This document shows, piece after piece, positions 1 to 15,204 of a stretch of 64,000 bases of DNA. The notes under the pieces were generated by a model, which was given only the letters and a program-made list of their open reading frames with translations, was not told the origin of the DNA and ran no database searches. Each line of letters starts with the position of its first letter. Positions within the stretch are counted from its first letter, which is position 1. Source of the stretch: Bugula neritina. Taxonomy: Eukaryota; Animalia; Bryozoa. Location: contig OZ037772.1 of the NCBI GenBank assembly GCA_964035545.1, positions 4,121,538-4,185,537 of the forward strand. The letters run 5' to 3'. The position numbers were made by a program, and so were the translations under genes.

Positions 1-519
1 AAATAAAGAAATAGATATAGAGATTGAACTATCGCTATTTTTGCGGCAGTGCCCTGATTAACTGGGAGGAGATAAGTATAAAAAGACAAGTTTGCAAGAT
101 GAGGTAAAGCTATACGATTATTGCAGCTATAGGGAGACTTATACTGCTTGAACTGACTCGTATTAAAAAATGGCTATAAATACTAAACTAAAATTAATAG
201 TTTTAGGTTGTACTGCACATTCAATTTGCTACTTTATTTATGCTTCATTTTGACCATGGCGCTGAAGCTGCAGCAGGGTATATACTATTTTTTGATCAAA
301 TGTAAATAAGTAATCTTTCGAAATTTGTCTAGCTATAGCACCAGAATGTAATCAATAATGAATATTAACATTTCCCAGTGAAAAAATATCTTCAAAGTGT
401 TTTTTTAGCCCTAAAATAAAAAATAGGAGACAACCAACTACTAACCAAAAAAATACTTAAACGGACACTTCATCTAAATTTGTCAAGATAAAAAATAGTT
501 GTTGTAAACATGCGGCAAC

Positions 520-2065
520 TGCACAAGATGGTGCAGAGTTGTCCACCCAATGGTCCTGCTTCAAGGAAGAGTTCAACTGTTATCTAATAGCCTCAGAAAA
601 ATCTGATAAAGAGGATAAAATAAAAATGGCCATTCTAATGCGGACCATTAGACCGAGAGGTGTAGACATAGTTCAACTATTATCAACAAATATCTCTTTA
701 AACAACAAGAAGTATAATACGTGCAAAATTTTTAAGTTGATGCAGATTAAAAGAATTTATTTATGGGTTAAATAACAAGCAATTGATTTAAGCTTTTTCA
801 AATATAAGTATATTTCAATGATAGTAAAATGAATTTTACGTAAAATATATATTGTACGAAAATAAACAAATAGCATCTAACTGGGAAGGAAGCATCTAAC
901 TGAGATGATAACATGTTATGTTACATCACCTTATTGTGTATGATTTTAGTATCAAGAACTTTTCCTGGACCACCTATACTAACCAACTAACCAACTAACC
1001 ACCACAACCAGTTTACCAACTAGTCAAGAAGCAAATTATGGAGATAATCCAGAAGGTGCCTAATAAAAAAATTGTATATTTGGCGATAACCTCTAAATTT
1101 GTGATAGCTGTCATTATATTATCATACTTGCAAAAACATAATATTCAATTTTATCTATAAATAATAGTACAATAAAGTATGCTGCACTATAGTATCATGA
1201 TTATATTAGCTAAGAATGTACCTGATGTGGTATTGCTTAGAGTTTACAGCTTTGACATCAAAGGGGCTTTACTAATTTACATTTGTTTGATCAATGAATC
1301 GTAGCACTTACTATCATGCAGTTCAAATTTCTGTTCTGCATGCATCTTCAAATGAGATTTAAATGTTCAATTAGAATTACTGATAAGGAGGATAAAATAA
1401 AAATGGCCATTCTAATGTGGACCATTAGACCCAGAGGTGTAGACATATTCAAAAGTTTCAAGTTTGGGGAAGGAGAATATAAAGATGTTTACAAGGATAT
1501 CCTATATAGGAAAATTTGACAACTTTTGTAAAATGACCTCTAACAAAATAATCAAAAGACATCAACTGCTATCGACAAAATAGGAATGCTTATCAATAGA
1601 TGAGTATATGTCACCAACTTACATAGGATCGCCAGAAAATGTGACCTTGGTGACATGTATATGATGATTTTTTTATGCAGGCCTTTCTTCTTGGCATCAA
1701 CGACACGAACAACTTTGGAGAAAATTGTTCGAGGAGTCAGAAAGCATAGACCTCAAAAAAGCTATTAAAAGTGCAAAGTGGCTGAGAGCTCTCAGAGTAA
1801 TATGAAGACTATCAAAGTGGAAGGAGAATCAATTCATACACTTGGTCTCAAGGCCACTAAAGCAAACAAAAGTGTCAAACTGTACTTACGCACAACTGAC
1901 AAGGAAGCGAATAATCCTGCCAAGTCTAACTGTGGAAACTGTGGCAACTCTCATCCTCCCGAAAATGCTTACGGTAAACAGTGTAGAAACTGCAAGAAAT
2001 CCAACCACTTCAGAGCAGTCTGCAGATCCAGGAAAATTGGCAGAATAAATGCAGTCACTGGACAC
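520..2065 (+). pseudogene. Degenerate Mag-like Ty3/Gypsy gag remnant, related to element A gag
   Basis: Broken frames read QDGAELSTQWSCFKEEF..KIKMAILMRTIRPRGVDIF and CGNCGNSHPP..YGKQCRNCKKSNHFRAVC. These align with element A gag (QDGSDLSNQWARFKEEF..VAIMLRCIGPRGNDIF; CGNCGQSHPPRKCPAYGHQCHNCKKYNHWRSQC). It has stops, frameshifts and a ~710-bp interruption, and no pol follows. Confidence 0.85.
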
Positions 2066-5000
2066 ATAGCTAAAACATTAAAGCTTTAACTGCAATTTTT
2101 TTACCTTTTTTCTAGGTTAAATGCAATAAAAAGAAGTGCAGTGTCAAATATACATGTAGCTTCAAATAGACTTGCACTCATGGCAACTGAAATTCATGGA
2201 CAATAATAGTTCTATACTCAAAATACGTGCAGATAAGTCAGTAATAAGTCTAAAGTTGTGTTTATACCTCTCCTGAACAAAGTATTTGTGTTTCAGTTAA
2301 TAACACTCTTCAGAGTGAACCCTTATATAGTCTTACTGAAACTGTGACATTTCAACTTGAATTTAATTGCTGACTAAAAATTTGGAAGGTATAAATGCAA
2401 CTTAGCAAATATTACCTAAAAACTCCATCTAATAAAATTGTTGTGAAGTTTTAGCTACATGTAACATTTTAATAGGCAAAATTACAATCACCCACCTAGT
2501 GCTTACTAATCACAAAACCTGGTTTGATAACCGGGAATTTTAAATAACAATTCATTTTATCAAGATTAGAATTGAAGTAAATTTTTTATGGCATTCTCAC
2601 CAAATAAAGATCCACTGTCATTGTCCAACTTTGCTTTTTTAATCAAATTATTAAAAGCACTTTGAACGATAGAAGCTGAGTCTACAAAAGAAGAAAGATG
2701 CATGTAAATACAATTTTGTATCTGAGTGTTTTTCCGTGCATTTAATCCAAAAATGGTAATAAGAAAAACTGAAGGCTCTTGAGTGTGTGTTACAAAAATG
2801 TTATATAAAGCCTGAGATCATGCTTTAAAACACTTTAAATATTGCATAATATATAATAAATCAAATAAGTACAAGATCAAAATATATATAGATACTATAA
2901 TTTATTATATGTATAAATATACATGAAGTGCTAGCATAATGTAGCTAATATTTTATATCATGATAAGCCATAAGTGATCATTATAATTTTAAACAGTGTA
3001 TATGTTCGCAGTCTAAATACAATAAATAGATAACTGTTGTCCATATTTTCAATGCAAGCTGATTAAAAATTGCCAGTGCAGAGTGTGACAGCCGATACTG
3101 GCTGCTGTATCAGCTGATAATTGTTGCTGCGTCAGCACTGGTGCTGTTTGGCACGGATGCCTATGTGTTATGATTAACTTAACAAAGGGTGAATGAATTG
3201 AGGACACAGATGCAGGCCCCAACTCCATTTGTTGTTTATTGCCAACAGTATATTTTCTAAGTTAGACTTAGACTCGAACTCATACTGATGCTCATACTGT
3301 AACCTGTAACCATGAGAATTACAAACATCATGTTAACTCAACAATAATTACACAGCTGACAAAACATTTAGTTAATGAAGTTCAAAACAAAAGATAATAT
3401 AATACTTGATACTTACAATTAAGTATAGATTGCCTGCATCTTTAGCAGGAGGAAAATTGAGCTACAGTGACTCATTGAATAAAAATAGCCAGCAAATAGC
3501 TATCGAGAAAGCTTTCACAAATAGCTTTCATTTCACAATGGTTTTTGGAAAGCTGCCAAAACTCCTGCAACACAGAGATCTATTTATGGCATTCAAAGCT
3601 ATTAAAATATATTTTATAGAGTTCCAATCACCATTTAAACAAAGTTTGAGTATTTGTAAGCAATATAATTACTGAACAGATATACTTTAAATATATATTA
3701 ACGTAGGAGGTCTAACATTATTCTTAAAAACAAAGTAACAAAAGTAACAATTAGCTAAAGTTGCTTTTGAAACAAAATAATTATTTACAGGTATACATTA
3801 TTAAATTAAAATGTTTGGTATTAGATTACATCATATAGTTTTTTGGTAAGCATTATGCATGATTGTTTCCCCAATCAACAAGAAGTCATATTAAGCAGTT
3901 TGATGATTTTAATTATTTAAAAAAGATAATTGTATTTTTAGTAAATTGTTACATGAAACAAAATTGCCCATTTCCTCATAAATTTAACTACAGTTAAAAC
4001 AACATTATTATTTTTTGGTAAAACTGGAAGAAATTAAAATAATACTAAGAAGATACATACCTTTTGCTGTCTCCAACTTGCTGCTCAACTTTTTATTTTT
4101 GCTCCTGGTAGAAACAGGCATTTTTTCTAACAATTTAGTTATATAATGTTTAAAAGTACTATGGCTTCCCAACAAGCTTTATCTAGCTGAAATGTAACTT
4201 TCCAGTGTCAGAATAGCAGGTTTGACAAAATTTCTTATTTATATACTGCTATAGTAACAAAGAAAATTATCTGTTCCTGCAATTACTTCTACTAAGGTCT
4301 AGAGGGAGACTTTATCCCTATTATGCAAAAGATAATAGACCCCCTGTTGATCTGGGCCTAGTTTCTTTTCATCTTCATAATAATCAGGAAGCTTAAGTAA
4401 GCTTAAAAGTTTTTAATTAACTAAAAATGGCTGCCAAGAGTTGTACTTTAGTTTGAACCTTATAAGAAAATCCTGGAATTAGCCTATTTGGCCGCAACTT
4501 CAAAAGCACTGTCATAATTATAAATTCTTTTGAAGAAGTTTACCCTCAAATACTGTACAATAAAGAAAAATCTTCAAGCTAGCTGTTCTATTTTTCTTGG
4601 TTTTGTGTTATCTCAGTACATGCAAAGTTTATAGTTTCTATGAGAGACCTTCTTCAACTGACTGAGCATAATAGCTGAAAAATTTGTCTGCTGTCACTAC
4701 AACGTGAACTTTTATAATAGGAGATGTTAAGAAATGCTTGCAGGTTACTTTTGCGACTATAAATATTAGGCCCTGTAGCATATAAGATACACCAAGTTTC
4801 ATTCACAATAAACCTAATGGGTATCAAGAGATATTAAATTCAAAGTTATTAACACATATTATTGAAAACTATTTATACATGTCTTACTCTTTTCTTGTGT
4901 TGGTAGTAAAATCATATGACTAGCAAGAAATTTAGATTTTGATATTCATCCATTGCGTGAACAATATTTTTTCTAACTAAATTATTTTACTTGAAAAATT

Positions 5001-8000
5001 TTCAAAACAGGGAAACCAATTCAGCAACTAGTTCTAAAGTTTGAAAAAGGCATGTAGCACCAGTGCTACACTGGTCGTCTGTCTCTAAGAGTAACAATTC
5101 AGTTTAATTCCAATAGACCATGTAAAACTCAGCCAATCAGCGAAGTGTACCAGGTCAATGTCTTACCATTGTAACTGATATAAAATTCTGCAAGTTCAAT
5201 TGCAAAATGCATGCTTCTAAAAGCTAGTTGTGCAACTTTTTTTTCATGCATTATTTAATTTCATATCTTAAATTGATGAATCTTGAAACGAGAAAGGGCT
5301 GTAAAGCTACACAACTTTGAGAGATTTCTCATACAGACAGCTGTTCTATAAGAAGTGTTACATAAGAGTTGTGACTATTGACTATTATAGACAGGGTTGT
5401 AAGGATGGGGACACAGCTTTTAGGATTTATTATTTTAGGAATCCAATACTTTAGTTATGTTATGATAGCATTAACTTAGCAGAAGCTTTGGTGGAATTTG
5501 ATATAATGCTTAATTACTACTCAAAGCAGAATAGTTTAGTATTTTTTTTAAAAAGAACATAAAATTATATTTGTATTTTCTTATAAATAAATGTTTATTA
5601 TACACGCTGGTCATAAAAGTCAATTCATTATATGGTATACAAAATTACATCTGTAAATAAACATGTGCATGCTGCAGTTGAAGAATTACAAATAAAATGA
5701 GAAGGAAACAAAACGTATTCAACTGGATGGGTTATCAGATGACATTGCTGTATAAAATGACGGATTAGGAAAGAGAAAGCCTGTGGAAACAAAGCAACAC
5801 TGAACTACAATATGGCTAACAAATACTAGGTCAGCAGAAATAATATCAAAACCAATGAATAAAATACCAAGAGATGTAAAATGTCAATATAAGTACACAT
5901 AGAAAAAATAGGTGATATACAGAATAAAAAGTAACAGTTTAATATTGATAAAGCTTTCCATTTTCACACAAACATCTTTACAAGGCATTATTGTATATAT
6001 AACTATTTGTATTAGAAGAGAGAAACAATATAATTTAGTATGCTCACATGGAACTATAGAAGGAAATGTCAGCTAGAAGAGGAAGGAAATGGAGGTCAAG
6101 GCCAGCAACACAATGTCAAGGTCAACTGGGAAAAAAGTAGTTTTAGGTCACGACTTGTCATTCTCAAACATGGCGGCTAGTTTGAGCACACTTTTGGACT
6201 AGAAGAAGAAGGAGGCGAGGAGACCACAGAACTCTCTGGGGAGGGAGGTAAAACACGCTTCAGCTACAAAGCAAGAGTTGAAAAGAGAACTAATTGGAAA
6301 ACGTTGAAATTTTACTCAATTTGATCAAAAATGAACAGATAATAATAAAAAAATTCTACAGATTCTAACGCTGATAAGCCAGGACAACTATAGCATATTA
6401 TAATTATATTATCACCTCCATTATATAATAATCATATTACATAATATATTATATTGTTTATATGCCATATTATCATTATATTATATTATAATCATACTAT
6501 ATTATAAATATGGTATATTATTATATTATACTATCAATGTACATGACTTGCACCAAGTAGATGCCAAACGTTACCTTTTCTGTGTTGGCAACTTGGGGCA
6601 GAACTCTTTTGGGTGGAAGGTCTGAAATAGATGGGGAAGAGATGATTCACCGCCCCTAGCAGAGGCATGACGTCAGGAGAAAAATCCAAAACTAAGTTAC
6701 GACAACCTCTTCTCATGGTGTTGGCGGCTTTGAGAAAGATAGCTCTGTCGTACTCCTTGCCTGAAGACAGGAAACGGGTCATTGTACTTCCATAAAGGAA
6801 ACGTACATGAACTGTATCAGAAGCTCAAACTAACATATTATGTTAATAGTATTGGAAGATATAACAATCCTAATGAGAATTAAAGGCTCTATTAATAGTA
6901 ATCATTAGATATCTGAATTTGAATTGCGGGAGGCTAACGCACTCACCCTGAGTAAACATCAGTTTAAACAGAGCACTGAGGTTATCTCCAATACTGTTGA
7001 GACTAGCTATAGCCTGGGAGCACATATCATATTGCAGCCACGGGTCTACCTTGGTGAATTTCATACCTTCCAACTGTAAAAAGACGACAGAGCGAATAAA
7101 AATGAACTGAACAGAGGATACATTCAATAACAGGTGGTTGTCAGGTGGGTGATATTCACTACTGCTTCCCTCTGATCGCGTGATGTAACAGTCAAATATG
7201 ACATCACATGTCGACTCACTCTGCACTGCGGGTGGCTGTGACAAGCAGTGCTCCATACTCAGGCCACCCACAGTCCAAGCACCTGGAGCACTGCCCACTC
7301 ATGGCAACAAGTGACAAGACAAAGTGCGTGGGATAACTATAAACTCTATAACTGGTTAGAAAGGATTGCACTTGGTTGAGTACTCTGTTAACAGCACCAT
7401 AAATATCCTCTTCAGCGTGGCAGTTGCCGGCACCTGCACAACATGGAATAATTACCACCTGCTATTCGTTGACATATGTGAGACCAGTTGCTAGTGACAT
7501 CAAATGACAGGTACTTGGTTAGCAATTTTATACAAAAATGAGAGTTCTACTGTCACTTGATCAAAGCTTCTGACACTCTTCGCCTAGTGTGACTCATAAA
7601 TTATATATGACTTAGGCTAGCAGGTAAGCATGAGCTCATTTTATAAGCTATGTAGCTCAAAACTATGCAAGCATCGTACCATAAAGAGACACCACTATAC
7701 ACCACACCATTAGTATGAGAGTCTTCATAAGAACTAAAGCTACACTCAAGTCCCACAAACATGATAGAATATGTCACATACACTTCTATTGCACATATAG
7801 TCTATGGGTGAGAGGGTTGCAGTTAGCTTCTCTGTAGATGTATGGATACATTGATCAAGGGCACCTTGGGCACTTGGCATGGGCACATCTGTTGACAGCT
7901 GTCAAGTACATAACAGTACATACTGATGCACTGCCTTATTTATGTTACCCAGCAGTGCCTGCAAACAAATATGGAAATATTACTTAGGAAATGAGCAGAA

Positions 8001-8701
8001 TTATTTTTATTTTAGAGATTTTACATATTCTTACATTAACGAAGGCATAAATTTTGAACATCTACATAAAATATTGGAGATATCTTAAATTTTTCTGCAA
8101 AATCTGTGAGTTGAAAAATGAAAAACAAGTTTCTGCCCAACATAAAATGTCAACCATTGGAGAATCTTCTGGCTCTATAAGTTTGTATAATGAGGATATA
8201 TTTAATACAATGTTACGTGATTATATGGAGTTGTCATCACAATACAAAATAGTGATAGTTTTGAGCAACAAATCTTATATTATTATATGAACTTATTGAG
8301 AAACAGCATCTTGGGAACATAGGCTTTACATTACTACATTACAATACATACACATGTATAACAGAAGTTGAACAAAATATTTGTATATTCTTATCCTAAA
8401 AATTTCAATATTTTTTAAGTCAGTTGGGTTCTACCTTTTATATGTACACTGTTCAGTGGAATGCTTTTTTTAAACAAAGAAAGTGTTCTTTACATTCATT
8501 AATTATAGTTGCTAAGAGAGCTAAAGTTGCAGATAGTTCTTTTCCTTTCAGATAAAACGTGTTACATATGCATGTGAATATGTTCAACTGATGATAGCAA
8601 TTAAAATACAAAAACCTTGCAACATAAAATAACACAACACCTGCAAAATACTGCTTACAATCGAATTTGCAGTTCTAACTGTAATATTGAGTTTACCCTG
8701 T

Positions 8702-8729
8702 GGCTCCTGTGGTGTAATGGTAGCACGCC
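8702..8729 (+). repeat. tRNA-derived SINE head fragment (A-box only)
   Basis: GGCTCCTGTGGTGTAATGGTAGCACG resembles a tRNA 5' half and the head at 28436-28507; there is no B box or 3' half. Confidence 0.4.
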
Positions 8730-11700
8730 AGCGGGTGGAAAAGTTTTTAATTAAGTTTTGGGTTTGAAAAGAAATTAGGACTCACCTGCTGACGCTGCCT
8801 TGTAGCTCTCCAGAATGCTGCCAGCGGAGATTCTACACAACTCACACTGCTGCAGTATGCAGTCAAACACCTTCCTGCTCCCTACATCGGTTGCTATAAA
8901 CAGTACAGAGCTACACGTATGAGATAAGAGTGGACTAACAGAGTAGTCTCTGAGAATATATACGAGGTATATGATCAGAGAGGAGATTATTCCAAAACAG
9001 CAGAAACTAGGTTAGTGTGAAAATAATCCGACTTAATTAATGACTTTAGTAGTAAAACTACTGCTACTGTTGCAGGCACACTCAGCTCTCATGTGCCTCA
9101 CAGACGTCTCAGACATAAGGTAGTGAACTGCTTTAATAATTGAAATTTTTGTAAAAAGGGTGACAAACAATTGAGTGAAGACAAAAAACAGAAAAAGTAA
9201 CCGAATACCTTGATTTTTTGTAGACTGTAGGAGACGAAATCCTTGCACATGGAGAACATGGTACTGGAAGACATGAGCTTTGACCTTGACCTGCTTCTGA
9301 CCTTCATAGATGGACACTGTTGATTGGCTGAAGCAGAGTTGAAGACTAACTCCATAGAAGTGAGTTTATTCTCAGAGCTAAGGATCTCGCTCAGACTGTC
9401 AATAGAGAAACACAGAGATAGAGCTGCTCTACTCATATGTGGTGGAAGTTGATAAATGTCAAATAAATACCAAAAATATTACCTCATTTGTATTGGAAAT
9501 TGAATGAAATCAGTAAAAAGTAAACGACATATTTGAATTATCAAATAGCAAAGACGTTATGTTGTTGGCAATTTAATTAACTATTTTCTCAAAAAAATAT
9601 TATAAAGTATAAAACATAATCCCAGAAAAACTCCACTGACAGAAATTGAACTTAAATTGGTGATCGAGCCAGTCCTAACATGTAAACACTAGATTTATCC
9701 CAGTGATTAGGCCAACAAAACTAAACTATAAGATTCTTAGGCAGATGCGAGGAGTAGTTAGTGGAACTGTTATAGTGCAGACCATACTTAGCCTTAGTAG
9801 CTAGATTACCTGGTAACCTGCTGATTGAGGGGGGTCAAGGAACTCTTCCAGCTGTCACCTGGGTTGAAGAAGACAGCCAGACACTCCTCATGAGGTGTGT
9901 TGCTGTGGAGTAACTCTCGCATGTCTGCTAGTCTCTCCTCAAACTTGGACACAGTGAAGTGTGTGTATCTATTGAGTTGTTTATCCGTTACCTTGACAAT
10001 CATAACATTGTCCACTTCTTCCTGTTCAAATACCTAGAACAGACAGACACATGGTGTGTAAAATATTTACATAAATATTTATAAATTGATATAAATAAAT
10101 AAACAAGTGTATGTGTGGATGTGTGAGTGTGCGTGCGTGTGCGTGTGTGTATTATTGACACAATCAAAGGCAAAATTCAACCTAAACAATTTTATCAATA
10201 GCTGGCTAGAAAGTACGGATCACATAATTTTTGTGAAAAAAAAACTTTTACACACGATAATTAAAAAACTAAAATAAAAATGCATATTTTTAATATCATC
10301 TGGTACACGCTTTAATTATGGCAGACACAAGGGATGCACAGAGAAAGATAATTTCTTAAGTAGATACTGTGGGTAATGCTGATGTGGACACTATGAACAA
10401 TGCAAGTATTATACAGGAGTTGTGTACTCTTTGAAAACGGATAACTTTGTGTAAGCATTGACTTTAATTGACTCAGATTATTGCCTTCCCTTATAAGAAG
10501 AGCGACCTTATAAAGGTCAGTTTTACCCCGCTCTACAAAAAATAGGAGTAACTCAGACTAACATTATACTGGGTTATTTTATCATGTTGTTCTCTTATCA
10601 TACGATACAACTCATTAGGATATGGTAGTAGAAAAATATAAAAAATATATTTTAATTTAGGAGGAAAAACTGAAAAGTAATCAAAACCGAAGATGAGGTC
10701 TAGCGGAATAATAAGAAAATTCTCACAACAAAGTAATTTGCAATGAAGGGTCAGAGGTCAAGCATATACCAAATCTAGCAAATTTATTATCTTCAACAGC
10801 CTCTCAATGAAACCATACCATGCCTAGTTCACCTCATAGCAACACACCACTGACAGGGTGGGGGGGGGGAGCATGACTAGCAGAGACTTAGCAATTATAA
10901 ACTGGAAAAAGCTCTCAAAAACACAATCAAAATAAGCATATAGACAAACTATACCCTTTCTCCTATAATATATATAAATTAAACACATAAACTATAACTG
11001 CAGTCAGGAGAACATAACTCTGAAAATAAAACAATGAGCTGTGTAATTCTGTATGTTGATTTTCCAGGTACAGCAGGTGTAGAGCTCAAAGGGTTACCAA
11101 GTGACTGGTATTAATTTTTAATATTGATATAGAATGTAATATTGAGTTTTAAAAGCAGTCATAAAAATGAAAAAGAAATCAAAGTAATGGCGCTGTGATG
11201 AATACAGATAATTAAAGCTGAAACTTCTGGACTTTCTAAAACCACACTATGAGAGACTACGCCGCTGTTGAAATCAACAATCGCAAATAAATGTTGTAAA
11301 AACTCATATTTTTTTTTAATCGCTTCCACAACAATGCTGAAGGAGATGAAGACTATGAGTGAAAACAACACAACCCTTTCTTTCTGACAGATCTAAATTG
11401 AGTATAGATTCACCATAATCCATTAGCGGGTATCGAGACACCAAATTACCGACCCCTACTAACTGAAGCTCACCACTAGGAACTGAACCTAGGCTTTTCA
11501 CAGCCACTTCCTCTTTGCCTCCTTTTAGGTGTTCGAGTCCTGCAGACTGGAGAGGAAGTGCTGGGCCGAGGAGGTGGTAGGTAGAGAGTCCGTCAGTACG
11601 ACAGTATGTGTGCGCTGCTTTACCTACAACGGAGTATTTAGAAATATTCTCAGCAAAAACACTAACTTCTGTATTCAAACCAAGACTATATGACACCTTG

Positions 11701-12820
11701 TCAAGCCGCTGCTCTAAAGTATGCTGTGAGTAGAAATATAACTTAATGTAGAGAATCACAATAGATCAAAGTTCACACTTTGTATACAGTGGATATAAAT
11801 ATAATCATTGACATGACTAAACATATTGGAGTTGTTCCCTCGCTAAACTGAAAGATTTACAATACAACAGTCATCAAACTTCGGGAACAGCAAAGTGAAA
11901 GGAAATCGTTGGTGTTTACTAAAAGTGTTATTTTCTATCACTGACTGTGTAGTTACAGTGAAAGTATCATAATATATTAGTTATCATAACATTGAAGTAT
12001 ACAATGATCACTAAACATATATGCCGAGTGATGACCAATGTGCCTGGGAACATTAATAAATACGCATCGAATGACCAATATGCTTGGGGAATACTAATGA
12101 AGACATGACTGTACACAATAAACAGGCTTACCGATCATTATGCGCCTTCTCAATCTCAGCCTTGGCAAACAGGAAGTCCTTAGGAATGCCGGAGGACTTG
12201 CGTTTAGATGGGTCAACGCCGGCGGGGTGATTAAAGCGGAAATAGTGATCACCACCGATGATAACTCGGTCTACCTACAGACATGATAACAGGAAATGAT
12301 TCGAGATTGAAAATATTACGCTAAACAAGCATAGTAAATAAACTACAAACAATAATCTATCAGTTTCGTAAACAATTTTATCACCCATGTGATTGGATGG
12401 AATCAAGTAGAGTTTGCCTCCTAATGCACTTCACAATTGCTATAAAATCCAAAATACTACGCTGTAGAAATTTAGTAAGTAAATTAGAAATGTTAATTGA
12501 CAAGTTCTATACACAATTGCATCACACATGTAACTAAAAAAGAATTTAGCATGAGCGAGTGCATTCCACAATATCTTACAGGTTACTCTAATACTTAAAC
12601 ACCACAAGGTTCATATATACAGTATAAGTAATGCAGCCATACAGTGTCATAAGATGCACATAGCTAGCAGAATCTGGCCAGAAGAAAGAAAAAGTCAGAA
12701 CTCTGTTGGGTTATTTAAAATAAAAGATCATTCAAAGCATTAACAAGGTATCTCTGCCCCATGCTTCTCTATATTTAATGGTTTGATATCTTGGTATTGG
12801 CAGCAAGTCATATTTCACTA

Positions 12821-14141
12821 TAGGGGTAACGGGGGCACAACGGTCATAGGGGTACAAAAAGCCGGCCAAATTGTGAGAGAACTTATTGACTCAGAGTTGT
12901 GATTTTTTTTTTCATAAAAAGATATTGACATAATTATTCAGCCTCTGTAGTTTCAACACTTGCGAAACATTCGTGTTGAAAAGGCGAGTAAAAAACTGTT
13001 TTTACCTACTTTTTGTAAATTTCTTAGGATGTCGTTGAAGCCTTATAACTTTTTACACTCAAATGCAAGAAGCCTAAATTTGACTAATATTGTTGCCATT
13101 GCTTGTCTCTGCAATGCTTAACTAGTATAACAGCAAACACTGAAATAAATTTTCCTTGAGGCACATTTATTTTCGATTTGGCCACACGGGCACAATGGGC
13201 CACGCTGACCGGGGCACAATGGGCCACCTGATTATTGCACCCTAATCACTGTTATTAGTTTGTTTACCCAAAAAGTTGGTTGAACTGTTACTAAAATTTA
13301 TAAATATAGCCATTTCTGACCTTTTTGTAAAATATCAAAGACATCATGGTAAGACTACAAAACTACAAGTTGAAGCTCCCCTAATACATACATCTGGTGA
13401 GGTTAAAGCTTTGCCATTTTATACATAATACAAAACACTCTGCTGTTGCTACTAGTAGATAGTCATGATAATCATTATATATTACACCATTGAGGGAATA
13501 TACATGCATTTGACTGAAATAAATTGTGATTTGCTAATTTGCTCCCCCCTCTCCCTTCCGTATTCCAGTCACAAACCTCAGCCATGCATGCACCTTAGCT
13601 ACAGTTCATTGAAAAAAGTTCACTCAGAATTTTGTAGTACATTTTAGTAAAGTTTTTTTTAATAAACGTTGCTCTGAAGTGAATATAACAAAACATTTTT
13701 AGTTTTAAACAGTAATGATAATGACACTGCAGAACTGAGTGACGTGCGTTTGATTTTGCCTTCCTCTGCTATCCGTAGTGGCACAAACTGTACAGCTAAA
13801 ACATGAATTTTGCTGTAAATCTGAAAGAGTATCTTTATTTATTTGTATTATTAAATAAATAAAGATCAGATATAACAAAATACGCAAAATTTCAATATAT
13901 TTGTTGCGTTCCACCCAGTGGCCCATTGTACCCCGGTACCGGGGCAAAATGGGCCAATTTTTTCGTCATGAAAATTTCATTATTCTGAAAGTTGTGAAAA
14001 AGATAGAAACAACAAACTGGTACCTGTAATAGACAACAGATGTAGCATTAAGACTAGAGATTATTGAACTAGTAACTTGAAAAACAGACGAATGAGAGCA
14101 ACAAAGGCAAAATTCGGCCCGTTGTGCCCCCGTTACCCCTA
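12821..14141. mobile_element. Non-autonomous TIR DNA element (MITE-like, TA-flanked, Tc1/mariner-pogo type)
   Basis: Perfect 23-bp inverted repeat including the terminal TA: TAGGGGTAACGGGGGCACAACGG (12821-12843) and CCGTTGTGCCCCCGTTACCCCTA (14119-14141). Internal GGGCACAATGGGCCAC-type copies lie at ~13188-13228 and, inverted or palindromic, at ~13918-13957. No transposase ORF. Confidence 0.8.
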
Positions 14142-15204
14142 CTAATAAACTGAAACAAAGAGAATAAATGCAAATGTCAAATGACAAATCCTAATAGAAT
14201 TAATTAACTTTAACCAGAAATGCTATTTCACTTTCTATAGAAAAGTTACTGTTTAAGAGCAGACAATTACTAATACTCACCAGTATGTTTGAGGGCAGAT
14301 GCCTTTTCTCTCACTTTTTGCTCAGCCAACTTCAGTTTCAACTGCCAATCTCTCTGCTGATTTTCCAAGTTCAACTCTTTCTCCTAAACACAAGCATGAC
14401 TTGATATATTTAACTGTCCTACAGTAACAGCAGTAGTCACATGTATTGAGATACAAAAGAGGTATTATAAGTATAAACAACAACTTGGGAGTCAAACAGA
14501 TCTGAAATTTGTAGTCTTTGTCTGGTTTGTGGTCTAACATCAGCCCTAAATTAAATTAAAGAGAATGCATTTCGAAATGCAATACATAGTAACCGCCTAT
14601 GATTTATTTAGAATAGACTACATTATATATATTATTGTATACATTATATAATATCATATAACATGGCAAATATCACATAATACTGTATAAATTATACAGT
14701 ATTATATAGTATATAATATTACCCCGCCACACGCGCAGGACCACGGCGGTGAAAGGTGACCAAAGATGATCATAGTAAATAATATTACATATATTTTATA
14801 AAATTATATTATAAAATTACTATGATGTTTACGTAACGTCATAAAACAACCGACTACAGACACGAGAGGAAGTTGTATCACCTTCAGAGCTTTGCAAAGA
14901 TCCAGAATCCCCTGCATGGTGGAGAGACTGTCCCCGCCCTGATCTGATTGCTCGGCCCTCAGTCTACCTTTCTCAGCCAACAGCTCTCTGATCAACTTGA
15001 CCTTGGGATTTTTATTTACTCTTGCGAGGTTGACTATAGAACGGGCCTGCTTGGCATATCTGTAGATGTGAAGAAAACATGCTACCCAACACCAAGATTT
15101 ATACCCTCTATTATAACTTTTCAAAAGAAAGATAAAAAATGCAGAAACTTTGGAAATTAGATGTGTTTTTAAAACGTGAAGTAAAAAACACAATCCAAAA
15201 AGAA

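Noticed and set aside
250-280. Possible LTR end and tRNA-Ser-like PBS (CA-TGGCGCTG..CAGCAGG) for the gag remnant
   Set aside because: The match is imperfect and there is no partner LTR or TSD in the window.
2450-4500. Coding-like patches and a small exon-like segment (~4061-4127) on the minus strand
   Set aside because: They are too degraded to assign to any family by eye and need tBLASTx.
11316-11759. 147-aa ORF as an independent gene
   Set aside because: It is probably read-through of small degraded KIF14 stalk exons and introns; the frame could not be fixed confidently.
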